DNA of 32,000 bases from Faecalibaculum rodentium (GCF_001564455.1 NZ_CP011391.1:1680001-1712000), one strand, 5' to 3'; positions 1 to 7,870 are shown, numbered from the stretch's first letter. Program-made: numbers and translations. The notes: a model not told the origin generated them from the letters alone.

Positions 1-543
1 GATCTCCGGTTTCAGTGCCAGGGCCCTGGCCACGCTCACCCGCTGCTGCTGTCCGCCGGAGAGCTCACAGGGATAGGCATCGGCCTTGTCCGCCAGACCG
101 AACTGTTCCAGCAGCTTCAGGGCTTCCTGTTTTGCCTGTTCTCTGTCCTGCTTCAGGACCCGCACCGGTGCATCCATGACGTTTTTCAGCACCGAATAAT
201 GCGGAAACAGGTTGAAGTTCTGGAACACCAGTCCAAAACTCCGATGGATTTTCTGGAGCTGTGCCTGGGACGCATAGACCGCATCGCCACCCTGGCCATC
301 GACAGCTTCACACGCCCAGACCCCACTGTATCCCAGGGATCCGCCATCCATGGTTTCCAGCATGGTCGCGCACCGCAGGAGTGTCGATTTTCCGGACCCG
401 GAAGGACCGATGACCGACACGATTTCTCCATTGCGGACAGACAGGGATATGTCCTTGAGCACCTGGTTGTCGCCGAAAGCCTTCCGCATATGGCGAATGG
501 TCAGGAGTTCGCGGTCTTTGCCGTTCTGACTTGTTTCATTCAT
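1..543 (-). CDS. Polar amino-acid ABC transporter ATP-binding protein (N-terminal ~181 aa; C-terminus lies beyond the window edge)
   Basis: Not in the ORF track because it runs off the window. Reverse-strand translation from the ATG (complement of 541-543) gives MNETSQNGKDRELLTIRHMRKAFGDNQVLKDISLSVRNGEIVSVIGPSGSGKSTLLRC (Walker A). It ends at base 1 in ...CELSGGQQQRVSVARALALKPEI (ABC signature). AGGAGG (complement of 551-556) lies 7 nt upstream of the ATG. Confidence 0.9.
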   Translation of the reverse strand, partial: MNETSQNGKDRELLTIRHMRKAFGDNQVLKDISLSVRNGEIVSVIGPSGSGKSTLLRCATMLETMDGGSLGYSGVWACEAVDGQGGDAVYASQAQLQKIHRSFGLVFQNFNLFPHYSVLKNVMDAPVRVLKQDREQAKQEALKLLEQFGLADKADAYPCELSGGQQQRVSVARALALKPEI

Positions 544-554
544 CCCAGGTCCTC

Positions 555-1205
555 CTAATTCCGGTAGTAGGCATAGTGTTTCTCAATGCGCTCCATGACG
601 AAGCTGACAATGAGGTTGAACACATAGTAATACAGCCCGGCGATCATCAGCGGGACGATCGTGGCCTGCGCAGCCGCCAGCTGCTTGGCAATGGTGAACA
701 TTTCCGCCACAGCGATCGCAAAAGCCAGCGAAGTGTCCTTGACCAGCGTGATGATTTCATTGGTCACTGCCGGCAGGACCTGCTTGATCAGCTGCGGCAG
801 AATGATGTGAAAGAATGTCTGGGTCTTCGAGTATCCCAGCACTTTCGCCGCTTCATACTGGCCCTTGGGCATGGCCTGCAGGCCGCTGCGGTAGATCTCT
901 GCAAAATATGCCGCATAGTTCAGGACAAACGCCAGGATCACCGCGATGAACCGGTAATCCGCACCAACCCGTATCCTGAAGAGATAATAGGGACCAAAGT
1001 ACACGACGATCAGCTGCAGCATCAGGGGTGTGCCCCGCATGACAGATATATAGAACTTGGTGACCGCACTCAGGATCCGGTTTTTCGACATCCGGCCAAA
1101 TGCCACCACCATGCCCAGCGGCAGGGAGAACAGCAGGGTCAGGAAGAAAATCTCCAGAGAGACAAGAAGTCCCGATCCCAGCTCCGTGAATGTCTGCAAA
1201 TCCAT
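555..1205 (-). CDS. Polar amino-acid ABC transporter permease
   Basis: 216-aa multi-TM ORF. It has an EAA-loop-like segment (YEAAKVLGYSKTQTFFHIILPQ) typical of HisM/GlnP-type permeases. It is tightly packed between the binding-protein and ATPase genes. Confidence 0.9.
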   Translation of the reverse strand: MDLQTFTELGSGLLVSLEIFFLTLLFSLPLGMVVAFGRMSKNRILSAVTKFYISVMRGTPLMLQLIVVYFGPYYLFRIRVGADYRFIAVILAFVLNYAAYFAEIYRSGLQAMPKGQYEAAKVLGYSKTQTFFHIILPQLIKQVLPAVTNEIITLVKDTSLAFAIAVAEMFTIAKQLAAAQATIVPLMIAGLYYYVFNLIVSFVMERIEKHYAYYRN

Positions 1206-1211
1206 TCAGGA

Positions 1212-2051
1212 TCAGTCCGCCTTGTCTGCGCGGTATTTGTCAATCACAAGGAAGTCCTTCAGACCGTATTTGTCTGCAATCTTGTCCACTGTTCCGTCGT
1301 CATACAGCTTGTAGACATCTTCCTGGACCTTGTCCTTCAGTTCATCGTTGCCCTTCAGGAACCCGATAGCGTACACCTCGGACGCAAGAGGCTTCTCCAG
1401 TTTCCGGAATTCACCCTCCCGGCTGGCCAGCTGGTAGTCTGCCACGCCGACGTCCATCGCCACGGCATCCAGACCGCCGGCTTCCAGGTCCATCATGGCC
1501 GTGTTGTAGTCCGCATACTGTGTGAGGTTTGCGAAGCTGTCCATCAGGGCTTTGTGATCCTCGGATTCCAGGGCAGCGAGTGCGGAGGAATCCTTCTGGA
1601 CACCCACGTTTTTGCCGGCGAGGTCTTCGGCTGTCTTCACATCTGAATCAGCCGGCACCACAAATACCTGGGAGTTGTCGATATAGGGGGTGCTGAAGGT
1701 GTACTGGTCTTCCCGGCCATCCATGGTGAACCCGTTCCAGATGCAGTCAATGGTGCCGCTGGAGAGCTCCATGTCCTTGGCATCCCAGTCAATGGGCTGC
1801 TTCACAAGTTCCCAGCCCTCCATGTCAGCCACAGCCTGCGCCAGTTCCAGGTCAAAGCCGGTGTATTCGCCGTTTTCATCCTTGTAGCCATAGGGCGGGA
1901 ATTCCGCATCAAAGCCTACCGTAAAGGTCTGTTTGTCGCCGGTATCCTTTGCATCGGCAGCTGCCTGGTCTTCCGTCACCGTGCCGGCACATCCCGCCAG
2001 CAGGATTCCTGCGCAGAACAGCGCCGCCATTCTTTTTTTCATTGTATTCAC
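1212..2051 (-). CDS. Amino-acid ABC transporter substrate-binding lipoprotein (specificity unknown)
   Basis: 279-aa ORF with signal peptide and lipobox (MKKRMAALFCAGILLAGCAG). Type-2 periplasmic-binding-protein-like sequence (FTVGFDAEFPPYGYKDENGEYTGFDLELA...). The GTG start at 2049-2051 is 7 nt from AGGAGG (complement of 2059-2064); the in-frame ATG at 2042 is too far from the SD. Confidence 0.85.
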   Translation of the reverse strand: MNTMKKRMAALFCAGILLAGCAGTVTEDQAAADAKDTGDKQTFTVGFDAEFPPYGYKDENGEYTGFDLELAQAVADMEGWELVKQPIDWDAKDMELSSGTIDCIWNGFTMDGREDQYTFSTPYIDNSQVFVVPADSDVKTAEDLAGKNVGVQKDSSALAALESEDHKALMDSFANLTQYADYNTAMMDLEAGGLDAVAMDVGVADYQLASREGEFRKLEKPLASEVYAIGFLKGNDELKDKVQEDVYKLYDDGTVDKIADKYGLKDFLVIDKYRADKAD

Positions 2052-2072
2052 AAATGCTCCTCCTTATACCCG

Positions 2073-2109
2073 GATCCGGATACAGAACAGCGTCATCTGT
2101 ATCCGGATC
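2073..2109 (-). promoter_or_regulatory. Perfect 14-bp stem / 9-nt loop hairpin (or palindromic operator) in the 5' UTR of the amino-acid ABC operon
   Basis: GATCCGGATACAGA (2073-2086) and TCTGTATCCGGATC (2096-2109) are exact reverse complements. The element sits between the predicted -10 box and the SD and has no U-tract after it. Confidence 0.6.
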
Positions 2110-2121
2110 ATCAACAATCCG

Positions 2122-2150
2122 ATACTAACAGAGAGCCCCTGGCATTTCAA
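2122..2150 (-). promoter_or_regulatory. Candidate sigma-A promoter of the amino-acid ABC operon
   Basis: On the minus strand: TTGAAA (complement 2145-2150), 17-nt spacer, TGtTAGTAT extended -10 (hexamer complement 2122-2127). Confidence 0.45.
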
Positions 2151-2330
2151 TCAGTGATGTAACCACTTTCCGTCCACAATGTAAATTGTTTCAGGATACA
2201 GCAGCCTCTGCCTGTTCCCCTTTCGCTTCAGGAAGATACAAAACCGGATCATGGTGCCAAAGGGCGTCCCTTCCATTGCCAGGGGTCATACTGCCGGAAA
2301 CCGGGACAGCAGGGATACGTCGCTGTCTCC

Positions 2331-2360
2331 AAAGAAAAACCCTGCAGGGGGTCTGCAGGG
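2331..2360 (-). terminator. Rho-independent terminator after metQ
   Basis: CCCTGCAG/CTGCAGGG 8-bp stem (2340-2347 / 2353-2360) with a 5-nt loop. On the minus strand it is followed by a U-run (forward A-run 2335-2339). It lies 20 nt after the metQ stop. Confidence 0.8.
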
Positions 2361-2380
2361 CTGTTGTCATCCGGCTGGTC

Positions 2381-3250
2381 TTACGCCGCAGGTACGACAG
2401 ATACACCGAATTCGTCTTCGATGTATTTCTTGATGTCATCGGATTTCAGGATCTCCACGAGCTTCTTGATGGAATCCTTGTCTTTGTTCGCTTCCTTGAC
2501 CGCCACGACGTTCTGGTATGTCTTCGCAGCTTCGGAGTCGCTGGCTTCGTTGGCGCGCAGGTAGTCGGTGATGTTCGCTGCCAGGGCATAGTTGCCATTG
2601 ACGACTGCCACGTCCACATCCGGCAGCTGGTTCGCGGTCTGGTCTGCAGCGGATTCAATGATTTCCACGTTTTTCGGGTTGTCCTTGATGTCCGCCTTCG
2701 TGGCGTTCAGCCCGGCGCCGTCCTTCAGCGTCAGGATCCCCAGGTCCTGCAGAAGCAGCAGGGCGCGGGCTTCGTTTGTCGCGTCATTGGGCACTGCGAT
2801 CTTTGCGTTTTCCGGGATGTTGTCCAGGTTCACTTCCTCAATCTCCTGGGCATAGGCGCCAAGGGGTTCGTAGTGGATCGCACCGGCGGATACCAGGTAG
2901 CCGTCGTCTCCTTCCTTGTAGCCGTTGTCTTCGTTGTAGCCATCCAGGTACGGCTGGTGCTGGAAGTAGTTGGCATCCAGGCTGCCATCAGACGTGGAGG
3001 GGTTGATGTTGGGATAGTCGGAGAATTCGGTGATCTGCAGATCATAGCCGGCTTCCTTCATCGGCTCAATGGCCTGTTCCAGGATCATGGCGTGGGGAGC
3101 CGTGGTGGCGCCCACCTTCAGGACTTCCAGGGTCCCGTCTTCCTTCGGTGCGTCGGCTCCGTCGGTTTTCTGTGTGTCGGATGCGGAAGAGCAGCCGGCC
3201 AAACCGGCAGCCAGCAGGGCTGCAGCAGCGAGTTTTGCGAGTTTGTTCAT
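2381..3250 (-). CDS. metQ: MetQ/NlpA-family lipoprotein, methionine ABC transporter substrate-binding protein
   Basis: 289-aa ORF with signal peptide and lipobox (MNKLAKLAAAALLAAGLAGCSS). NlpA-like body. Last gene of a metN-metI-metQ arrangement. GAGGAAAC SD upstream of the ATG. Confidence 0.85.
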   Translation of the reverse strand: MNKLAKLAAAALLAAGLAGCSSASDTQKTDGADAPKEDGTLEVLKVGATTAPHAMILEQAIEPMKEAGYDLQITEFSDYPNINPSTSDGSLDANYFQHQPYLDGYNEDNGYKEGDDGYLVSAGAIHYEPLGAYAQEIEEVNLDNIPENAKIAVPNDATNEARALLLLQDLGILTLKDGAGLNATKADIKDNPKNVEIIESAADQTANQLPDVDVAVVNGNYALAANITDYLRANEASDSEAAKTYQNVVAVKEANKDKDSIKKLVEILKSDDIKKYIEDEFGVSVVPAA

Positions 3251-3337
3251 CAGTGTTTCCTCAACTTTCTTTTTTTATCAATCTATGCGTTTGACAGAGG
3301 GATCTGCCTCTGGATCTGTCACCAGAACGGTGCAGGC

Positions 3338-4015
3338 TCATCGGGTGAATTTCGCCACCAGGCGGTCGCCGATCAGCTGGATGATGGAAATGATGATCAG
3401 GATCAGCAGGATGACCACATACGTGATGTCCGTCATGCGCCGTCCGTTGCCATAGCGGATCGCCATGTCGCCCAGTCCCCCGGCACCGACAGCCCCCACA
3501 ATGGCGATCTGTCCGATCAGGGCGATCAGGGTGATGGTCACGCCCCGGATCATGCCCGGGATGTTTTCCCGCAGATACACCTGGGTGATGATCTGCCAGT
3601 TGGTCATGCCCATGGAAATCGAGGCCTCGACGACCCCCTCGGGGATCTCCATGATTGCCGACTCGAACTGGCGGGCCATGAACGGGACAGTGCCCACGAT
3701 CAGCGGCACCATGGCGCCTGTGATCCCGATTGTGGTATGGAACACGAAGCGGGACAGGAAGGCCAGGGCCGGAACCAGGATGATGAACGGGATCGCCCGG
3801 AACAGGTTGATGATCTTGTCCAGGATCCAGAACACCCATTTGTTCGGTGCAATGCCGTCCTTGCGGGTGATCACTACGACCACCGCCAGGATCAGACCCA
3901 GGATGATGGAGACAAGGCCTGACCAGAACAACATGACCAGCGTGTCCCAGGTGGCCTTCGGGAACTGATCGGCGTATTCGATCACATTCGGTATCCACTT
4001 AGTCAATGTTTCCAC
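3338..4015 (-). CDS. metI: Methionine ABC transporter permease
   Basis: 225-aa multi-TM ORF. Its start overlaps the metN stop by 17 nt. It occupies the typical MetI position between the ATPase and the NlpA lipoprotein. Confidence 0.85.
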   Translation of the reverse strand: METLTKWIPNVIEYADQFPKATWDTLVMLFWSGLVSIILGLILAVVVVITRKDGIAPNKWVFWILDKIINLFRAIPFIILVPALAFLSRFVFHTTIGITGAMVPLIVGTVPFMARQFESAIMEIPEGVVEASISMGMTNWQIITQVYLRENIPGMIRGVTITLIALIGQIAIVGAVGAGGLGDMAIRYGNGRRMTDITYVVILLILIIISIIQLIGDRLVAKFTR

Positions 4016-5042
4016 GCTTCATCACCTCCGTTCTGATGCCTGCCTCCCGGCACAGGGCCAGCGCATCCTTGAGCTGCTGGTCGCTGCCGGTCATTTTCGT
4101 GACGATCGTGCCAATGGGCTCATCCCGGATCACTTCAATGTTCCCGAAGATGATGGAACTCTCCACCCCGAGTTTCTCGGCGAGTCGCGAAATGATGGGC
4201 TCCGCCGCATTTTCCGGCGTGTAGGTGAGTCTGACCAGCTGCTGGTTTTCCGCCAGCTGGGTCAGGGGGTGTCCCGTGTCGAGGAGTTCCTGGATTTTTG
4301 CGGATTCGTTGGTCGTGTTGATGAAGTTGCGGGTGATTTCCTCGATCGGGTTGATGAAAATCGGCACCAGGTCATTGGTTTCCACCACCCGGCCGGCTTC
4401 CATGACCGCCACCCGGTCGCAGATTTCCTTCACCACGAGCATTTCGTGGGTGATCACCACGACGGTGATGTTCCGCTCCCGGTTGATGCGGCGGATCAGG
4501 TGCAGGATCGACTGCGTGGTCTGGGGATCCAGGGCGCTGGTGGCTTCATCACACAGCAGGACCTTGGGATCCGTGGCCAGGGCCCTCGCAATCGCCACCC
4601 GCTGTTTCTGTCCGCCGGAGAGCTGGCTGGGGTAGGAGTCCCGCCGCTCCACCAGGTCGATCAGGTCGAGGAGTTCCATGACCTTTTTGTCGATTTCTTC
4701 CTTGGGGCGTTTCTCCATGCGCAGGGGCAGGGCAATGTTTTCATACACCGTGCGGGAGCGCATGAGGTTGAAGTGCTGGAAAATCATGGACATTTTCTGC
4801 CTGGCGTGCCGCAGCCCGGCAGCATCCAGGTCCAGCAGGTTTTTTCCGTCGAAGATGACCTTGCCTTCCTCCGGACGCTCCAGCAGGTTCATGCACCGGA
4901 CCAGCGTGGATTTGCCTGCGCCGGAAAATCCGATGATGCCAAAGATCTGTCCTTCCGCGATGTCCAAAGAAACATCCTTGACTGCGTGCACATCGCCGTC
5001 CCTGGTCTGAAAGGTCTTTGTGACATGTTCCAGTCGGATCAT
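3999..5042 (-). CDS. metN: Methionine ABC transporter ATP-binding protein (with C-terminal NIL-type domain)
   Basis: True start MIRLEHVTKTF at the complement of 5040-5042, with GGAGGA 5-6 nt upstream; the ORF-track start at 5111 lies inside the T-box leader. Walker A GFSGAGKST and signature LSGGQKQRVAIARAL are present, plus a ~100-aa C-terminal extension typical of MetN. Confidence 0.9.
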   Translation of the reverse strand: MIRLEHVTKTFQTRDGDVHAVKDVSLDIAEGQIFGIIGFSGAGKSTLVRCMNLLERPEEGKVIFDGKNLLDLDAAGLRHARQKMSMIFQHFNLMRSRTVYENIALPLRMEKRPKEEIDKKVMELLDLIDLVERRDSYPSQLSGGQKQRVAIARALATDPKVLLCDEATSALDPQTTQSILHLIRRINRERNITVVVITHEMLVVKEICDRVAVMEAGRVVETNDLVPIFINPIEEITRNFINTTNESAKIQELLDTGHPLTQLAENQQLVRLTYTPENAAEPIISRLAEKLGVESSIIFGNIEVIRDEPIGTIVTKMTGSDQQLKDALALCREAGIRTEVMKRGNID

Positions 5043-5063
5043 GTGGTTCCTCCTTGTCTGTTT

Positions 5064-5318
5064 AAATAAAAAACTCCCATCACAACAGGACGAGAGTGCT
5101 CGTGTTACCACCTATCTTCACAGAGTCCTCACAGGCTCTGCCTCATCAGGTACTGACATACCCTTGCGCTGTAACGGGCGCCCCCGTCATGGCCTCATCC
5201 ATTACGCTTGGCCACGCGACTCCAGGACCATGTTCGTTCCGCTTCCCGCATGTCCTTTCACCAGCCGGACACTCTCTGCAGCCTTCAGAGGAACTACTCT
5301 TCCTTTCCGCATCACTTT
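5064..5318 (-). promoter_or_regulatory. T-box riboswitch leader (probable Met specifier AUG) with intrinsic terminator, controlling metNIQ
   Basis: The minus-strand RNA contains these elements: AAGAGUAG (5' side of the specifier loop); CAGAGAG...GGCUGGUGAAAGG (Stem I distal motifs); GGAACGAACAUGGUCC (AUG = complement of 5229-5231, followed by a purine); and the T-box sequence AUAGGUGGUAACACGAG (complement of 5101-5117). The terminator is CUCUCGUC-CUGUUGU-GAUGGGAG followed by U6 (5068-5096). Confidence 0.8.
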
Positions 5319-5324
5319 GAACCC

Positions 5325-5353
5325 ATGATAACAGCCCGCCTGCAGGGGGTCAA
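5325..5353 (-). promoter_or_regulatory. Candidate sigma-A promoter for the T-box/metNIQ transcript
   Basis: Minus strand: TTGACC (complement 5348-5353), 17-nt spacer, TGtTATCAT extended -10 (hexamer complement 5325-5330). Confidence 0.55.
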
Positions 5354-5436
5354 AGAAAAAATGAAAAAGTTTCTGTAAGAAGATTTCATTCCATGCCCTG
5401 CCCTGTCATTCACGGTATAATGAGACACAGAATCCG

Positions 5437-5943
5437 ATGAAAACAAAAATAGAAAGCGGGGATTTTATGTTCAAATATGCCGGCAATCCCATCTTCTGGA
5501 CCACGGCAGCCGTGATCCTGGTGACACTGGCGGACCTGGCTGCGGCTGCGCCGGTACAGGCTGCAACCGTTGCGGCCTTGTACTTCCTGATCTGGTGGGG
5601 ATTTTACATCTATCGCCACAGCCTGGCCAGGCGGTGGGATCTGATGCTGCCACATCCTGACGGGGTATGTGTATCCGGTTCCGGCCGTCTGCAGGCTGTC
5701 CCGTATCTGTACCTGGGGGCCCAGGCCCTGTTTTCCCTGATCTGCCTTGTCCTGGCCGGAGAATGGACGGCCATGATCGTCGTGCTGGTCCTCTGCCTGC
5801 TGGGGGCTCTTGTCATCCTGCACGGTCAGAAGAAAGCGGAAAAAGCCAGAGTGGCGGCCATCCGCAAAGAAGCGAAAGAAACCATGGAAGCCGCGAACAG
5901 ACCGTCTCACCGGTTTGCGAAGACAGCCAGGAGCGGCAAATGA
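5437..5943 (+). CDS. Hypothetical integral membrane protein (about 4 TM segments, basic C-terminal tail)
   Basis: 168-aa ORF with hydrophobic segments (IFWTTAAVILVTLADLAAAA, ALYFLIWWGFYIY, ALFSLICLVLAG, MIVVLVLCLLGALVIL). I recognise no family. The start is ambiguous (5437 or the ATG at 5467). A TATAAT box at 5416-5421 lies upstream. Confidence 0.5.
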   Translation: MKTKIESGDFMFKYAGNPIFWTTAAVILVTLADLAAAAPVQAATVAALYFLIWWGFYIYRHSLARRWDLMLPHPDGVCVSGSGRLQAVPYLYLGAQALFSLICLVLAGEWTAMIVVLVLCLLGALVILHGQKKAEKARVAAIRKEAKETMEAANRPSHRFAKTARSGK

Positions 5944-6191
5944 GGAAAACACTCCGGGTCTGCTTCCTGGTCCTGGCACTGGTGCTCACCGTCTTTGGCT
6001 GGAACCAGTCCAGGGCCGGGGTGTGTCTGGTCTGGGCACTGCTCTGTGTGGAGGAACTGGTGAGTCTGCAGATGCAGCAGAATGCAGAACCGGTTTCCTG
6101 GTATGGGTGGTACAAGCCGCTGCTGATGGCAGGGACCGTGGTGTTTACAGCTGCAGCAATCTGGCTTGTCCTCTCCGGTCCGGGGGCCTGA
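5940..6191 (+). CDS. Hypothetical small membrane protein (83 aa), translationally coupled to the upstream ORF
   Basis: MRKTLRVCFLVLALVLTVFGW... with 3 hydrophobic segments. Its ATG at 5940-5942 overlaps the upstream TGA (5941-5943) as ATGA. It is embedded in a longer ORF-track frame (5667..6191). Confidence 0.45.
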   Translation: MRKTLRVCFLVLALVLTVFGWNQSRAGVCLVWALLCVEELVSLQMQQNAEPVSWYGWYKPLLMAGTVVFTAAAIWLVLSGPGA

Positions 6192-6228
6192 CGGTATCCT
6201 GTGCCTGCGGATGTGAGTCTGGATATTC

Positions 6229-6286
6229 AAAAAAGCGGACAGCATGCCGCTCCTGCCGGGGCGCTGCTGTCCGCTGCATTTGTTTT
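6229..6286. terminator. Bidirectional terminator between convergent genes
   Basis: AGCGGACAGCA (6234-6244) pairs with TGCTGTCCGCT (6265-6275). The stem is flanked by an A-run on the left and T-rich GCATTTGTTTT on the right. Confidence 0.6.
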
Positions 6287-6308
6287 CACGATGCATCTGG
6301 CCTGTGTA

Positions 6309-7016
6309 TCAGCACCGGATGACATCCGGCCAGACGGGGATCCCGTTTTTAATGATCCGACGCAGGCTGGTCATATCCGCCTGGTCAAACAGGGCTTCCA
6401 GGTCCGGAACCCGAAACACAAGCAGATCTGCCAGTTTTCCGGCTTCCAGAACGCCTCTGTCCTTCAGGCCCTGATCCTCGGCCGGCCAGACGGTCATGGC
6501 TTTAAGAAGATCCATGGGGTCTGCCTGCAGCATATGCCGCAGGTAGAAGGCGGCAGGCTGAAAGGAACGGGTCTGCCCCGGGCCCTGGCAGCTCAGAACA
6601 TAGGGAGCAGCCGGCAGCTGATCCATGCCGAAGGTCACAGACTCCATCTGTGCTGGGCGGGAGCGGAACACGTCCTGTTTCAGTGTCCGCTGCTGGATAC
6701 GCCCGGCTTTGGTCATCACGGTCAGGATGCCGTTTTTCTGCAGCTGCCAGAGTGTATCATGTTCATGGCGCAGCATCTGGCTGTAAGATGTTTCTTCGGG
6801 CATGTCGTAACAGGCTTCAATAAATGCCGGCACAACGATTTCGCCCGCGGCATCCAGGACCCTGGTGGCGTCATCTGTGAGGTCCCGGAAACTCCCTGTT
6901 CCCACAGAGATGATCCATTCATGGTGAATGGCGATATAAGCATGGTGAAGCACGGTGTCATGCTGATCGCAGGTATACAGATGATTGATGTTCTTGATGA
7001 TCAGCGTCGCTTTCAT
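6309..7016 (-). CDS. Truncated amidohydrolase-like protein (HutI/imidazolonepropionase-like termini, no HxH metal motif)
   Basis: The start MKATLIIKN (complement 7014-7016) has AGGAGA 6 nt upstream. The N-terminus (LIIKNINHLYTC...AYIAIHHEWIISVGTG...RVLDAAGEIVVPAFIEACYD) and C-terminus (GVLEAGKLADLLVFRVPDLEALF...IIKNGIPVW) match the amidohydrolase beta-sandwich pattern. Where PGxIDxHxH is expected the sequence reads PAFIEACYD, and the protein is only 235 aa. Confidence 0.6.
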   Translation of the reverse strand: MKATLIIKNINHLYTCDQHDTVLHHAYIAIHHEWIISVGTGSFRDLTDDATRVLDAAGEIVVPAFIEACYDMPEETSYSQMLRHEHDTLWQLQKNGILTVMTKAGRIQQRTLKQDVFRSRPAQMESVTFGMDQLPAAPYVLSCQGPGQTRSFQPAAFYLRHMLQADPMDLLKAMTVWPAEDQGLKDRGVLEAGKLADLLVFRVPDLEALFDQADMTSLRRIIKNGIPVWPDVIRC

Positions 7017-7056
7017 CGGGCTCTCCTGACGATATAGATTGGAATGAGATAACAAT

Positions 7057-7728
7057 ATGAGACTGTTTCAGAGAAACAAGAAACCCCTGGTGGTGACGAT
7101 CCACGGTTTCGGCAAAAACCGGTCCAGCGAGATGGACAACCTATGCGCCTTTCTGAAGGAACACGGGTACGACACGCTGCAGTTCGACATCTATGACCTG
7201 GAAAACGGTCTGGATGCCGACTGGAAGGAATGGCTGCGGCGATGCGAACGCCAGATGCATGAAGCCCTGGGGCGCAATCCACGGATCATCCTGGTGGGAT
7301 TCTCCATGGGCGGCGTGATTGCGACGCATCTTGCCACAGTTTACAAAGTGGAGAAGCTGGTCCTGGTGGCACCTGCCTTCCGCTATCTGGATTTCGAGAA
7401 AGTCGCCCGGTCCCTGGCTTCTTCCCTGTCCGGCCGCAGCAGGACCACGGTTCCCAGCTCCGAGCAGACCAGGGCCTTCCGGGAGATCGTGGACAACTGC
7501 CGGGGATCCATTGCGAATCTCGACTGCCCGGTCCTGATCCTGCACGGAACAGAGGACGAGGTCATCAACCCCTCCAGCTCCACGGAATTCTACGGACGCA
7601 TCCGTCACGACCGCAAACGGCTGATCTTCCTGGAAGGGGCCCATCACAGGATGCTGTACGACGGATTCATGGAAGAAACCGCCGACTGGATCATCCTGGA
7701 CTTCATCGAAGGCAAGTACGGCATATGA
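7057..7728 (+). CDS. Alpha/beta-fold hydrolase (esterase/lipase-like)
   Basis: 223-aa ORF with the nucleophile elbow GFSMGG, the N-terminal oxyanion region VVTIHGFG, and C-terminal LILHGTEDEV...GAHH typical of serine hydrolases. Confidence 0.8.
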   Translation: MRLFQRNKKPLVVTIHGFGKNRSSEMDNLCAFLKEHGYDTLQFDIYDLENGLDADWKEWLRRCERQMHEALGRNPRIILVGFSMGGVIATHLATVYKVEKLVLVAPAFRYLDFEKVARSLASSLSGRSRTTVPSSEQTRAFREIVDNCRGSIANLDCPVLILHGTEDEVINPSSSTEFYGRIRHDRKRLIFLEGAHHRMLYDGFMEETADWIILDFIEGKYGI

Positions 7729-7870
7729 GCCAATCAGCCCCACCCGATCCCCCAGGAGTCCTGACAAAGTCAGGAATCCGGGGGCATTGGGTAGAAAAGC
7801 TCAGTGGAGACCGGCAGACAGCCCTGTGACATTTCGATCCATGACTGTTGGTGAGTTGAATGGCCTGCAG

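Noticed and set aside
186-558. 81-aa and 119-aa ORFs at the left edge
   Set aside because: Both overlap, in other frames, the clearly coding ABC ATPase gene that runs off the window.
2151-2330. Possible riboswitch (glycine-, SAM-I- or T-box-like fragments such as GGAGAC, CUGGCAAUGGAAGGGAC, AAAGUGGUUAC) upstream of the amino-acid ABC operon
   Set aside because: Only isolated short resemblances are present and no complete conserved core of any class. The best promoter match lies downstream of this stretch, so it would not be part of the leader. GGUGCCAA occurs on the wrong strand.
2186-3922. 578-aa plus-strand ORF spanning metQ and metI antisense. Similar long antisense ORFs are at 531-1646, 4269-5069, 8302-9624, 21568-22779, 23753-24778, 25992-27362 and 31172-31993.
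   Set aside because: Each lies opposite a gene with unmistakable family motifs. The translations are Arg/Gly/His/Pro-rich with no motifs. These are high-GC artefacts.
5043-5111. N-terminal extensions given by the ORF track (metN 5111, pncB 9594, pncA 10297, adhesin 19589, pgsA 23904, radical SAM 28662, HAD 28530, MATE 24919, amidohydrolase-like 7055)
   Set aside because: The extensions run into leaders or upstream genes, lack an SD, and precede internal ATG/GTG codons that have strong SDs and family-typical N-termini. I used the internal starts.
7750-7786. Resemblance of AGUCAGGAAUCCGGGGG to the SRP/4.5S RNA GUCAGGUCCGGAAGG motif
   Set aside because: Only about 10 nt are similar. The rest of the conserved domain IV helix and the GNAR tetraloop context are absent.
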